A DNA stretch of 32,000 nucleotides, taken from Megasphaera elsdenii DSM 20460 (lineage in GTDB: Bacteria; Bacillota; Negativicutes; Veillonellales; Megasphaeraceae). A program made the translations under genes and the position numbers. The notes beneath the pieces were generated by a model. The model did no database searches and was not told the origin of the DNA. It saw nothing but the letters and a program-made list of their open reading frames with translations. Numbering within the stretch: the stretch's first letter is position 1; the number at the start of each line of letters is the position of its first letter. The DNA is taken from contig NZ_CP027570.1 in assembly GCF_003010495.1 (NCBI RefSeq), forward strand, positions 1,110,001-1,142,000, in the 5' to 3' direction. This document shows, in pieces, positions 1-9,258 of this stretch.

Positions 1-417
1 AGCGTCATTTCCCTGGCCGTCATTGCCAAACTCTACCCTCAATTGGTCATGCTGACTTTTGACGAAGACGGCGCCCAGATTGCCGGCGTCCGCAGCAAGC
101 TCATCAATTACGTCTTTGCCGTCCTGGTAGCGGCGACGATATCTGTTTCCATCCGCATCGTCGGCATCCTGGTCATCAGCTCCCTCATCGCCCTGCCCGT
201 GGCGACGGCCCTGCAGCTGCGCAAAGGCTTCCGGCGGACGCTCATTTACTCCGTCGTCTTCAGCTTCATCGATATCTTGTCGGGACTCCTGTTGTCTTAT
301 TATATCGATGCCGCTCCGGGCGGGGTTACGGCCTTGACGTCAGTGGCTATGCTGCTTTTGGTCATCGTCTATAAAGAATGTGTCTTTTCCCTGCAAGAAA
401 AGAGGCGCCGTCCATGA
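1..417 (+). CDS. znuB: Metal (Zn/Mn-type) ABC transporter permease, C-terminal part; 5' end lies upstream of the window
   Basis: Frame 1 is open from base 1 to TGA 415-417. The translation is strongly hydrophobic and TM-like (ABC-3/ZnuB-like). Its stop overlaps the ATG of a Fur-family gene (ATGA at 414-417), the usual znu-zur arrangement. Confidence 0.65.
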   Translation, partial: SVISLAVIAKLYPQLVMLTFDEDGAQIAGVRSKLINYVFAVLVAATISVSIRIVGILVISSLIALPVATALQLRKGFRRTLIYSVVFSFIDILSGLLLSYYIDAAPGGVTALTSVAMLLLVIVYKECVFSLQEKRRRP

Positions 418-839
418 CTGACGCTTATAAAGATTGTTTACGTGCCCACGGCCTGAAGAGTACCAAGGCCCGCAATGGCGTCCTGGCCATCCTCAGCCGG
501 AATACCCGTGTCATTACGGTCGAAGCCGTGTATGCAGCTTTGTTAGAACAAGGCTGTAAAGTCAATTTTTCCACCGTTTACCGCATCCTGGAAATGTTTA
601 CAGAACGTAAGCTGACAGAAAAGATTTTCCTTCCCGATGAAGGAAAATACGGCTTTTCGCTCTGTCGTCCCGGCCATACACACCGATTGATTTGTTTACA
701 TTGCCATAAAGTCGTGGACCTGTCCCATTGCCCGCTCAGCGACTATGAAAAAGAAGTGGCCCAAAAGACCCAGTTCGATATCGTAGGCCATAACCTGGAA
801 CTCTACGGCTACTGTCCGGAATGTAAGAAGGGGAGATAA
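414..839 (+). CDS. zur: Fur-family metalloregulator, probably Zur
   Basis: Translation MTDAYKDCLRAHGLKSTKARNGVLAILS... has a winged-helix N-terminus. C-terminal HTH..CLHCHK and CPEC motifs are Fur-family metal sites. ATG 414 is preferred over the track start 378 because of the 4-nt overlap with the permease stop. Confidence 0.8.
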   Translation: MTDAYKDCLRAHGLKSTKARNGVLAILSRNTRVITVEAVYAALLEQGCKVNFSTVYRILEMFTERKLTEKIFLPDEGKYGFSLCRPGHTHRLICLHCHKVVDLSHCPLSDYEKEVAQKTQFDIVGHNLELYGYCPECKKGR

Positions 840-843
840 TTGC

Positions 844-1058
844 TAGCGGCTAGTGGCTGGTGGCGCCCCTACGACGTAAAAGGGACTACGCATGATGGTA
901 TAAGCCTTCATACAGTAGTCCCTTTTCTAGTAGCTGGAAAAAGCAACCTCTCAGTCAGCTTTGCTGACAGCTCTCCTATGAGGAGAGCCACGAACCGCGG
1001 CCAGCGAACTGCGGCCTGCAAGCGCCCACGGGGCGCCCATACGAGCCACGAGCCACTA
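844..1058. repeat. Intergenic repeat element E1, bounded by imperfect ~35-nt terminal inverted repeats; fills the whole convergent gap
   Basis: The left end is TAGCGGC TAGTGGC TGGTGGC GCCCC. The reverse complement of the right end is TAGTGGC TCGTGGC TCGTATG GGCGCCCC. Inside are a 12-bp hairpin (878-926) and the 45-nt double-hairpin module (945-989), which is also found at 15223-15267. Confidence 0.75.
878..926 (+). terminator. Hairpin inside E1, probable terminator of the znu-zur operon
   Basis: AAAAGGGACTAC (878-889) pairs with GTAGTCCCTTTT (915-926), giving a 12-bp stem with a 25-nt loop. The stem ends in T4. The outer stem resembles the lctP terminator at 18044-18075. Confidence 0.5.
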
Positions 1059-1059
1059 T

Positions 1060-1584
1060 TTATTTAACAAATTTGATGAAATCTGGTTTCCGCGGAGCGG
1101 CAGCCGGTTCCGGCCCGTCGCCATAGCCGACGATGCAGTGGCCGACGCCGACGAGGTGTTCCGGCAGGCCCCATTCTTTGAGGAGGGCTTTCCCTTCGGG
1201 CGTTTCGAATTCTTCTTTGGCCCGGTTGATCCAGCATGAGCCGAGGTGCAGGGACGCAGCGGCGTTCATGAGGTTGCCCAGGATGAGACAGCCATCGGAC
1301 CAGGCATTGGGGGATTTTTCCATGTCGGCCAGGACCAGGAGGACCGTCGGTGCGCCGTACATGGGGTCACTCGTCGTGCCCATGATTTTGGCATTGAGGG
1401 CACTCAGGCGGGCCAGGGTATCCGTGTCCTGGATGACGACGATGGTGCAGGGCTGGAGACCGTGGCCACTGGCGGCATACGTGCCAGCCTGGAGGATCAA
1501 GTATAAATCTTCGTCGCTGATCTGGGCTTTTTTGTACTTGCGGACACTGCGCCGCGTGATGAGGGTATGGATGGTTTCATTCAT
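1060..1584 (-). CDS. Nitroreductase-family NAD(P)H-flavin oxidoreductase
   Basis: The translation starts MNETIHTLITRRSVRKYKK, the typical RRSxRxF/Y nitroreductase N-terminus. I chose ATG at 1584 because AGGAG lies 8 nt upstream; the track start at 1593 is a GTG that abuts the SD. Confidence 0.8.
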   Translation of the reverse strand: MNETIHTLITRRSVRKYKKAQISDEDLYLILQAGTYAASGHGLQPCTIVVIQDTDTLARLSALNAKIMGTTSDPMYGAPTVLLVLADMEKSPNAWSDGCLILGNLMNAAASLHLGSCWINRAKEEFETPEGKALLKEWGLPEHLVGVGHCIVGYGDGPEPAAAPRKPDFIKFVK

Positions 1585-1779
1585 GATATTCACTCCTAAG
1601 AAATATATTTTGTTGCACTTTTGTTATATTATAGAGTATTTGTGCCTGAGGAAAAAGGCTTTTGTCAGGACATTTCACGCCTTTTTAGGACTTTTTATAA
1701 TTCCTTTACAATTTGTTTTCTATCTCCGTACCTTCGGCCTGCCTGGTGCCCGACCCTCTAGCAGGAGATGTGAAAAGTG

Positions 1780-1788
1780 TGCTATAAT
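1780..1788 (+). promoter_or_regulatory. Extended -10 promoter element (TGcTATAAT) for the arsR-family operon
   Basis: The sequence TGCTATAAT at 1780-1788 lies about 45 nt upstream of the TTG start and its AGGAG RBS. There is no good -35. Confidence 0.4.
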
Positions 1789-1831
1789 AAAACGATTAAG
1801 ATAGTGATACACAGCATTAGGAGCGATAGCA

Positions 1832-2134
1832 TTGAAACGACAAGCACCGGAACTTTCACAACAGTATATCCAGCCATTGGCTGATGTCTTCAAGGTCCTC
1901 GGGGATCCGACGCGGCTGCGCATCCTGCGCGTCCTCATGAATCAGGAAGTCTGTGTCCGGGATATTGCCGATGAGCTCGGCATGGGCCAGTCTGCCGTAT
2001 CCCATCAGCTGCGCATCCTGCGCGATGCCCGGCTGGTCCAGTTCCGCCGCGATGGCAAGACGGTATACTATTCGCTGGCCGATGCCCATGTCTTTACATT
2101 GCTTGACGTCGGCCTGGAACACGTTGCTGAATAA
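1832..2134 (+). CDS. ArsR/SmtB-family metal-sensing repressor with an alpha5-type site
   Basis: It has the LGDPTRLRIL and SAVSHQLRILR helix-turn-helix motifs. The C-terminal DAHVFTLLDVGLEHVAE fits D-x-H-x10-H-x2-E, the alpha5 Zn/Co site pattern of SmtB/CzrA. TTG start with AGGAG 9 nt upstream. Confidence 0.8.
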   Translation: MKRQAPELSQQYIQPLADVFKVLGDPTRLRILRVLMNQEVCVRDIADELGMGQSAVSHQLRILRDARLVQFRRDGKTVYYSLADAHVFTLLDVGLEHVAE

Positions 2135-2148
2135 AGGGGGAGTCGTTT

Positions 2149-2646
2149 ATGTACGTTTGTTTAATGCGCCATGGGAAGGCGCAGCCTTTTGAACTGCATC
2201 AACCGGATAAACTGCGTGAATTGACTGAAAAAGGATGTAACCAGGCTTCGTCCATGGCAAAATGGGCAGCCTCCTGGTGGCCGTCGGGCAAGACGGCCCT
2301 GTGGGTCAGCCCGTACGTGCGGACGTGCCAGACGGCTTCTTATTTAGAGAAATATCTGCCTATCGAGCAGTTCCATACCCATAAGGCCATCGCTTCCGGG
2401 GACTTAGTGGCTGTCTACGACGAGATATTGAGCCGGGAAACAGCCGACGTCGTATGCCTCATCGGCCATTCGCCTTTCCTCGACCGCTGGGCCCAGGCCT
2501 GGACGGGGACGGCTGTCGATTTCAAGCCGGGCAGCATGGCCCTGTTCGACTTCGACGTTCACGGCGGCCGCATCGGTTCGGCATCGCTTCTTTTTTACGC
2601 TCATCCGAAGGCCTTGAAATTCTTGGGTCCTTCTTATAAAGAATAA
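2149..2646 (+). CDS. Histidine-phosphatase superfamily protein, SixA-like phosphohistidine phosphatase
   Basis: N-terminal LMRHGKA (RHG catalytic motif) and a later LIGHSPF motif. The size of 165 aa is typical of SixA. Confidence 0.65.
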   Translation: MYVCLMRHGKAQPFELHQPDKLRELTEKGCNQASSMAKWAASWWPSGKTALWVSPYVRTCQTASYLEKYLPIEQFHTHKAIASGDLVAVYDEILSRETADVVCLIGHSPFLDRWAQAWTGTAVDFKPGSMALFDFDVHGGRIGSASLLFYAHPKALKFLGPSYKE

Positions 2647-2667
2647 ACAGAGTTGGAGGTTTTATTC

Positions 2668-3474
2668 ATGATGAAACATGTATTATCCATTGCCGGGACG
2701 GATCCTTCTGGCGGAGCCGGCGCCGCAGCGGATTGTAAGACTTTTTGCGCTCACGGTTGTTTTGCCCTGAATGTCATTACGGCTGTCGTATCCCAGAATA
2801 CCCAGGGCGTGCGCGGGTATATGGACGTCACGCCGGAACTCATCGCTTCGCAGATCGATGCGGTCTTTGAAGATATCGACGTCGATGCCGTCAAAATCGG
2901 TATGGTCAGCGTACCGGAAACGATCCGCGTCATCGCCGATAAGTTGAAGCAGTACCAGCCGCCGTACGTCGTCATCGATCCGGTCATGGTGGCTACCAGC
3001 GGCCATCGCCTGCTGGTGCCGGAAGCCGAACAGACACTGAAGGAAGTCCTCCTTCCCTTGGCCGATGTCCTGACGCCGAACTTGCCGGAAGCGGAAGTGC
3101 TGACAGGGAAATCCATTGAAAGTCTGCATGATATGGAAGAGGCAGCCAAAGCCATTGCTGCCATGGGCGCTAAAGCGGTCCTGGTCAAGGGCGGCCATCG
3201 CATTGCCGATGCGACGGACATCCTCTTCGACGGCCATGATTTTCATTATTATAAGGGACAGCGCCTGGAAAGCACGAGTACTCACGGTACGGGCTGCTCT
3301 TTATCGAGTGCCATCGCGTCGAACCTGGCCAACGGCCTGAGCCTGCCCGAGGCTGTCGGCGCGGCGAAAGAGTACGTCTTTGAAGGAATTGCCCATGCCG
3401 AACCCATTGGCAAGGGCCATGGCCCGATTCATCACTTTTATGAATTATATAAGAAAGCAGGGTGGACGAAATGA
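2668..3474 (+). CDS. thiD: Hydroxymethylpyrimidine/phosphomethylpyrimidine kinase
   Basis: Translation MMKHVLSIAGTDPSGGAGAAAD...VKIGM...THGTGCSLSSAIA shows ribokinase-fold ThiD/PdxK signatures. ATG 2668 lies 8 nt after GGAGG. Confidence 0.8.
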   Translation: MMKHVLSIAGTDPSGGAGAAADCKTFCAHGCFALNVITAVVSQNTQGVRGYMDVTPELIASQIDAVFEDIDVDAVKIGMVSVPETIRVIADKLKQYQPPYVVIDPVMVATSGHRLLVPEAEQTLKEVLLPLADVLTPNLPEAEVLTGKSIESLHDMEEAAKAIAAMGAKAVLVKGGHRIADATDILFDGHDFHYYKGQRLESTSTHGTGCSLSSAIASNLANGLSLPEAVGAAKEYVFEGIAHAEPIGKGHGPIHHFYELYKKAGWTK

Positions 3475-4322
3475 AATTGACACATTCTTGGAAGAAACTG
3501 TGCTGCCTGGCCGTGGCAGCGGCCTCCATCAGCGGTATGGCACTGGCTGCTTCGCCGCAGGCGACGTATGAAGAAGCAGCCCGCAATATGGCAGCCCATC
3601 CGCAGGGGTCCTATACGCTGAAATTAGGCCTCAAGATGCCGTTTATCGGTGAAGGCGCCATTGTCAACAATATCGACGTCCAGGAACGGCCTTTCGTCAT
3701 CCAGTCCCAGGCCAAGACGACGGGCTTTGCTGCGACGACCCTGCAAAAGGCGCCGGAAGGGAAGGCCTATGCCGTGCAGAATGGAAAGAAGCTCGACGTC
3801 TATTACAATCATGAAGGCGATGACAAGTCTTGGGAAAAGAAAAGCTATGACTTGAAAGACAGCAAGCCTCTGGCCGATTATCTGACAGCCAGTCATAATG
3901 TCCTGGCCGGCGTGAAAACCGTCACCGCTGCCGGCGGCAATGACTATAACGTCGTCTTCGATGCAGCGCACATCTACAGTCCGGCCGACCAGGCTTTATG
4001 GAAGAAAAATGGCATGACCGACGAACAGATCCGCGTTACCGCTAAAGTCCTCCAGGGCTTGCAGCAGTGCGGCGATTTGTCGACTGTCGTGACCATCGAT
4101 CCGGCGACGAAACGCATTTCCCGCATCTCTCTGCCCTTGACGGACCAGCTGCGCAGCCTGGCCCTGACCCTGGTCGATGAATATGGCCGCAGCGACGCCG
4201 ACAAGGCCGTAGCCCAGTCATTCATCAAGCTGAGCGAAGTCAGCCTGACCATCGATTGCACGGCCCTGCCTCAGGGTACGACGCTGACGGTACCGGAAAA
4301 AGTCATCAAAGCGGCTAAATAA
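3471..4322 (+). CDS. Exported protein of unknown function (signal peptide, no recognisable catalytic motif)
   Basis: MKLTHSWKKLCCLAVAAASISGMALAASPQ is a classic signal peptide with an ALA-A cleavage site. ATG 3471 overlaps the thiD TGA (ATGA). Codon usage looks coding throughout. Confidence 0.6.
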   Translation: MKLTHSWKKLCCLAVAAASISGMALAASPQATYEEAARNMAAHPQGSYTLKLGLKMPFIGEGAIVNNIDVQERPFVIQSQAKTTGFAATTLQKAPEGKAYAVQNGKKLDVYYNHEGDDKSWEKKSYDLKDSKPLADYLTASHNVLAGVKTVTAAGGNDYNVVFDAAHIYSPADQALWKKNGMTDEQIRVTAKVLQGLQQCGDLSTVVTIDPATKRISRISLPLTDQLRSLALTLVDEYGRSDADKAVAQSFIKLSEVSLTIDCTALPQGTTLTVPEKVIKAAK

Positions 4323-4527
4323 ATGTAAAATTTTTATGAAAAGTAAGACTTTTCACAAAAAAAGAGAATAGATTATTGACAGAGTCCCGGAAATAACGGA
4401 AAATATGAGAGAAGGAACAAATTTCCATTACTGTTCGTTATATTTTAATATCGGATAGACCTGTAGCCTGGTGCGCCGGGCTCCGGTTGGAACGGATACA
4501 ACTATATTTATTTTTAGGAGGTATATT

Positions 4528-6189
4528 TTGGCTAAAAAAGAAAAACTCATGGTAATTCCCTTAGGTGGTTTAGGTGAAATCGGCAAGAATATGACGGTCA
4601 TCCAGTACGGAAATGACATCATCGTCATCGACGCCGGCCTGGCCTTCCCGGATGACGACATGTTCGGTATCGACCTCGTCATCCCGGACATGAGTTACTT
4701 GATTGAAAACCGGGACAAAGTACGGGCCGTCGTCATCACGCACGGCCATGAAGACCATATCGGCGGTTTGTCCTACTTGCTCAATGAAGTAAATGTGCCC
4801 GTATACGCGACGAAACTCGTATGCGGCCTCATTGAAGGGAAACTGAAAGAAAACCACATTACGAACTATACACTGAACGAAGTGCATCACGGTGATGAAG
4901 TACAGATTGGCTGCATGAAAGTCGGCTTTATCCATACGAATCACTCTATCCCCGACGCCAGTGCCCTCTATTTCCGTACGCCTGTCGGAACCATCGTCCA
5001 TACAGGCGACTTCAAGATGGATCTGACCCCTGTCGATGGCCGGCAGATGGACATCCATAAATTTGCGGAATTAGGCCGCCGCGGCGTCCTGCTCCTCATG
5101 TCGGACAGCACCAATGCGGAACGGGCTGGCTATACCGAATCGGAAACGACCGTCGGTCATGCCTTCCGTAAAGCCTTCCGCGCTGCCAAAGGCCGTATTA
5201 TTTTGGCGACATTCGCCTCGAATATTTCCCGTATCCAACAGGCTATCAATACGGCTGTGCAGTTCAAACGCAAAGTCACTGTCCTCGGACGGAGCATGGT
5301 CAATAACGTCCAGATTGCTATCGAACTGGGCTATCTCGATGTCCCCGAAGGGGTCCTCATCGAACCGGATGAACTGAACCGTTATCCTGACGATCAGATC
5401 CTCATCCTGACGACGGGCAGCCAGGGCGAACCGATGGCCGGCTTGTCGCGCATGGCTTCTAACAATCACCGCAGTGTCAGCATCATGCCTGGCGATACGG
5501 TCATCATTTCGGCAACGCCGATCCCGGGCAATGAAACCGGCGTCGGCCGCACCATCGATAACCTCATGCGCCTCGGTGCCAACGTCATCGCCGGCCGGGA
5601 TAAGAAAATCCACGTATCGGGCCATGCCAGCCAGGAAGAATTGAAACTCATGCTGGAACTGATCAAGCCGAAGTATTTCATCCCTGTCCACGGCGAATAC
5701 CGTATGCTCAAGACCCACGGTGACCTGGCCGTCATGATGGGCGTCGCCAAGGACCACGTCCTCATCGGCGACAACGGCCAGATCTTTGAGTTCTCGAACC
5801 GTTCCGGCCATAAGACGGGCCATGTCAATGCCGGCCGCGTCTTCGTCGACGGCCTCGGCGTTGGCGATGTCGGCAACATCGTCATCCGTGACCGCCAGCA
5901 GCTGGCTATGGAAGGGGTCGTCATCGTCGTCATGACTCTGGCCAAAGGGACGAGCCATCCCCTGGCCGGGCCGGATATCGTTTCCCGCGGCTTCGTCTAT
6001 GTCCGCGATTCGGAAGAATTAATCCGCGAAGCGCATGACCGCGTCGCCGCTGTCCTCGAACGCTGCGAAGCCGGCAATATCCGCGAATGGGCTGTCATCA
6101 AGTCCCAGGTCCGCGATACGCTGAGCCGCTACTTGTATGAAAAGACACGGCGCCGTCCGATGATCTTGCCGATTATTATGGAAGTATAA
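4528..6189 (+). CDS. rnj: Ribonuclease J
   Basis: Motifs are VIPLGGLGEIGKN, the metallo-beta-lactamase motif HGHEDHIGG, a beta-CASP region and a C-terminal domain. TTG 4528 lies 6 nt after AGGAGG; ATG 4549 is an alternative start. Confidence 0.9.
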   Translation: MAKKEKLMVIPLGGLGEIGKNMTVIQYGNDIIVIDAGLAFPDDDMFGIDLVIPDMSYLIENRDKVRAVVITHGHEDHIGGLSYLLNEVNVPVYATKLVCGLIEGKLKENHITNYTLNEVHHGDEVQIGCMKVGFIHTNHSIPDASALYFRTPVGTIVHTGDFKMDLTPVDGRQMDIHKFAELGRRGVLLLMSDSTNAERAGYTESETTVGHAFRKAFRAAKGRIILATFASNISRIQQAINTAVQFKRKVTVLGRSMVNNVQIAIELGYLDVPEGVLIEPDELNRYPDDQILILTTGSQGEPMAGLSRMASNNHRSVSIMPGDTVIISATPIPGNETGVGRTIDNLMRLGANVIAGRDKKIHVSGHASQEELKLMLELIKPKYFIPVHGEYRMLKTHGDLAVMMGVAKDHVLIGDNGQIFEFSNRSGHKTGHVNAGRVFVDGLGVGDVGNIVIRDRQQLAMEGVVIVVMTLAKGTSHPLAGPDIVSRGFVYVRDSEELIREAHDRVAAVLERCEAGNIREWAVIKSQVRDTLSRYLYEKTRRRPMILPIIMEV

Positions 6190-6267
6190 TTTGATATTCT
6201 TTACTGTGACAGCGGAGGCATCTCATGCCTCCGCTGTTTCTCAGTCCCGGTGAAAGGGGGAACTGTT

Positions 6268-7224
6268 ATGGAGCAGAGGCGTGTCACGCCGCTGACGACG
6301 GCCGGCTGTTTTGCCGCCATTATGCTGGTCTTTGCGCTTCTCAGTACATACGTGCCGATTTTTTCTTTTATTGGTTATTTCATCATGCCCATTCCCATGG
6401 TCATCATTTTCATGAAATACGGCCTGCGCCAGGCCTTGCTCCTGGGCGTGACTGTGGGCTTCCTCATGGGGCTGTTCATCGATCCGGTGACAGCGCTGGT
6501 CCAGTTCCTGAGTTTTGGGGCTGTCGGCCTGACCTTGGGGGCGGGCTTCCGCTATGAATGGTCGGCTGTGCGCTTATTGGGAACCGTCACGGCGGCCCTG
6601 GTCGCCGTCTTCGTCGTCATCACACTCTTGTCCTATGTCGTCCTGGATGTCAATCTCTTCACCCAGATGAATGACTTCTTTACGCAGTTCATGGACAACA
6701 TGATGGCCCAGTACCAGCAGCAGGGCATGTCCGATGTCAAACTGGCCGAAACGCGGGCCCAGCTCAACCAGGTCCGGGAGATGCTGCCGTCTCTGCTGCC
6801 TATGTTCCTCTGCCTGGGGACAGCCATCATCGCCTATGCGAACATCAAGGTTTCCCAGGTCGTCCTGCGCCGGCTCGGCTTCTCGCTTAAGGCTTTTTTA
6901 CCTATCCGTTATTGGGAAATCCCCCGCAGTATGATATACTTATATATATTGGCCTTGGTCATGAAATACTGGGGAGTGACGCGGGATATTGCCTGGCTTA
7001 ATATCATCGGCATGAATCTCAATCAGATTGCCTTCTTCTTCATCTGTATCCAGGGGATTGCCTTTGTCTTTTATCTCCTCAGCCGCCGTTTCCATTTAGG
7101 GAATGGCCTTCAGGCCCTGATCCTCATCTCATTTTTTGTCATGCCTGTTTTTTCGTATGCTGCCTTTTTAGCCGGCATCTTCGACATGCTCACGAATTAT
7201 AGAAAAAAAGGTCGTACGCTTTAG
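6268..7224 (+). CDS. yybS: YybS-family integral membrane protein (DUF2232)
   Basis: Polytopic hydrophobic protein immediately upstream of gdpP-rplI-dnaB, the conserved Firmicutes yybS position. ATG 6268 lies after AAGGGGG. Confidence 0.7.
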   Translation: MEQRRVTPLTTAGCFAAIMLVFALLSTYVPIFSFIGYFIMPIPMVIIFMKYGLRQALLLGVTVGFLMGLFIDPVTALVQFLSFGAVGLTLGAGFRYEWSAVRLLGTVTAALVAVFVVITLLSYVVLDVNLFTQMNDFFTQFMDNMMAQYQQQGMSDVKLAETRAQLNQVREMLPSLLPMFLCLGTAIIAYANIKVSQVVLRRLGFSLKAFLPIRYWEIPRSMIYLYILALVMKYWGVTRDIAWLNIIGMNLNQIAFFFICIQGIAFVFYLLSRRFHLGNGLQALILISFFVMPVFSYAAFLAGIFDMLTNYRKKGRTL

Positions 7225-7242
7225 TACGCAGGGGGCGGAACC

Positions 7243-9258
7243 ATGTTTAAAACATTGCTGTCAAGGCGGTCGGAAGAGCCATTCTTCCTGATTACGGTCT
7301 TGCTGCTTATCATCATTGCCGTATATAATTGGGTCATCGCCTTATTGGCGCTGATCCTCATTGGCGGAGCCTATGTCCTGACCCGCAAGAACCACAACGA
7401 ACGCAACCGGGAAATCAGCCAGTTCTTTGATGCGATTTCCAAGAGCGTCGACCAGGCTTCGACCTATGCGGTACAGAATTTGCCTATCGGCATAGCCATC
7501 ATCGACATGCAGTCCAACTTGTGCTGGGCCAACAGCGTCTTCCGCGACTGGGTCGGCGACATCGACAACGACCAGCAGCTGGACCATATCATGCCGAATT
7601 TGAAAGTCGATAAGTTCTGGGGGAAATCGGGGTATTTCTTTGAGCATATCGGCGAACGCTATTACCGCGTCGTCTACAAGTATTTGCAGACAGAAGCCGC
7701 CGAAGACGATAACTATCTCATCCTCTATTTTGAAGATATTACCGATACGGAACGGCAGAAGCTAAATTCCCTGGCGGCTGTCCCCGTTTTCTGCGATATC
7801 GAGATCGACAACCTGGAAGAAGTGGCCAAGGGGATGACGGCCGTCCAGCGGGCTACGCTGGTGACCAACGTCAACAACTGCCTCATCGGCGAACTATCCG
7901 GCCATAATTGCTTCATCTGGGCTTATGGCAATGAAAAATATATTGCCTGCATGAGCCGGGACACGTTGGAATATTATAAGGAAGACAATTTTTCTTTCCT
8001 GGAAAAGATACGTTCCATACATACGGTCAACCGCATCCCGGTGACGCTCAGTATGGGCATTGCCCTCTTCCCGAGCGAAGTCATTGCAGCTGGTAAGGCC
8101 AATTTCAGTGAACTGGCTACGAAAGCCCGAGCTGGCCTCGATCTGGCTCTGGGCCGCGGCGGCGACCAGGTCGTCGTCTATGAAGAAGACGGGTCGCCTC
8201 ATTTTTATGGCGGCAAGACGCGCTGCGTCGAAAAGAACACCCGCGTCCGGGCCCGCGTCGTCGCCCAGGCGATCCACGAACTCATCGATACGTGCGACAT
8301 GGTCCTGGTCATGGGCCATGAACGGGAAGATTACGACAGCATCGGTGCTGCCGTCGGCGTGGCCCACATGGCCCGTCTGGCAGGCAAGCCTGTACACGTC
8401 GTCGTCAGCAACCAGACCGATGCCATCCGGCGCCTGGAAAACCAGATCATGGACAATCCGGACTTCAAGGACCTGCTCATTTCGGCGGAAACGGCCGAGA
8501 ACATCTGCAACAGCCAGACCCTGCTGTTCATCGTCGATACCCATCGCCCGGACATGACCGTTGCGCCGGCCTTGCTGGAAGAAACGGACCGCCGCGTCGT
8601 CATCGACCATCACCGCCGCAGTTCGGACTTCATCAAGAAGCCCCTGCTGACCTATACGGAAACGTCGAGCTCTTCGACGAGTGAATTGGTCACGGAACTC
8701 TTGCAGTATTTCCAGGAAGATGTAGAATTGTCTAAGATAGAGGCGACAGCCCTCTATGCCGGCATCATCGTCGACACTAAGAACTTCGCTGTCCAGACCG
8801 GCGTCCGCACCTTTGATGCCGCGTCGTACCTGCGCCGCTGCGGGGCCGATCCCGATATCGTCCGCGAACTGTTCAGCTGCGATTTCGATACGGTCAAGGA
8901 CAGGGCCGCTATTTTGTCGGGCGCCCAGATCAGCGACGGTGTCGCCATGGCCAGCTGTCCCAAGGGACAGCAAAATGCTACGATCATTGCCGCTCAGGTC
9001 GCGGATATGCTGATCAACATCGACCATGTCGAAGCCAGCTTCACCTTCTATTATCTCGCCGATGACTGCATCGGCGTCAGTGCCCGCTCCAAGGGCGAAA
9101 TCAATGTGCAATTAGTCATGGAAGCCCTGGGCGGCGGCGGTCATCGCACGGTGGCCGGTGCCCAGCTCCGTGGCCGTACCCTGGCGGAAGCTCAGGGAGA
9201 CGTCATGGCAGCGCTCCATGAAATCATAGACAAAGATAAGGAGATTGATGAAAAATGA
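7243..9258 (+). CDS. gdpP: Cyclic-di-AMP phosphodiesterase GdpP (TM-PAS-degenerate GGDEF-DHH/DHHA1)
   Basis: Two N-terminal TM helices. DHH motifs are present (VIDHHRR, IVDT) along with the DHHA1 motif GGGGH. It occupies the conserved position between yybS and rplI. Confidence 0.88.
   Translation: MFKTLLSRRSEEPFFLITVLLLIIIAVYNWVIALLALILIGGAYVLTRKNHNERNREISQFFDAISKSVDQASTYAVQNLPIGIAIIDMQSNLCWANSVFRDWVGDIDNDQQLDHIMPNLKVDKFWGKSGYFFEHIGERYYRVVYKYLQTEAAEDDNYLILYFEDITDTERQKLNSLAAVPVFCDIEIDNLEEVAKGMTAVQRATLVTNVNNCLIGELSGHNCFIWAYGNEKYIACMSRDTLEYYKEDNFSFLEKIRSIHTVNRIPVTLSMGIALFPSEVIAAGKANFSELATKARAGLDLALGRGGDQVVVYEEDGSPHFYGGKTRCVEKNTRVRARVVAQAIHELIDTCDMVLVMGHEREDYDSIGAAVGVAHMARLAGKPVHVVVSNQTDAIRRLENQIMDNPDFKDLLISAETAENICNSQTLLFIVDTHRPDMTVAPALLEETDRRVVIDHHRRSSDFIKKPLLTYTETSSSSTSELVTELLQYFQEDVELSKIEATALYAGIIVDTKNFAVQTGVRTFDAASYLRRCGADPDIVRELFSCDFDTVKDRAAILSGAQISDGVAMASCPKGQQNATIIAAQVADMLINIDHVEASFTFYYLADDCIGVSARSKGEINVQLVMEALGGGGHRTVAGAQLRGRTLAEAQGDVMAALHEIIDKDKEIDEK

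Noticed and set aside
840-1067. A 75-aa ORF in the zur-nitroreductase gap, and likewise the 77-aa ORF at 14991-15224.
   Set aside because: - Both lie entirely within palindromic repeat modules and terminator hairpins.
- Neither has an RBS.
- Their composition is driven by the GC-rich repeats.
2647-2667. Looked for a TPP riboswitch upstream of thiD.
   Set aside because: The gap is only 21 nt and holds just an RBS. No CTGAGA/ACCTGA TPP-box motifs occur anywhere upstream in the operon.
4338-4354. The hairpin GAAAAGT-aag-ACTTTTC after the exported-protein gene, as a possible terminator.
   Set aside because: It is a 7-bp AT-rich stem with no downstream T tract on the plus strand, which is too weak to call.
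4376-4406. TTGACA at 4376-4381 as a possible rnj promoter.
   Set aside because: No acceptable -10 exists at 16-18-nt spacing. The candidates are GAAAAT, AAAATA and AAATAT, the last only at 19 nt. It was left unannotated.
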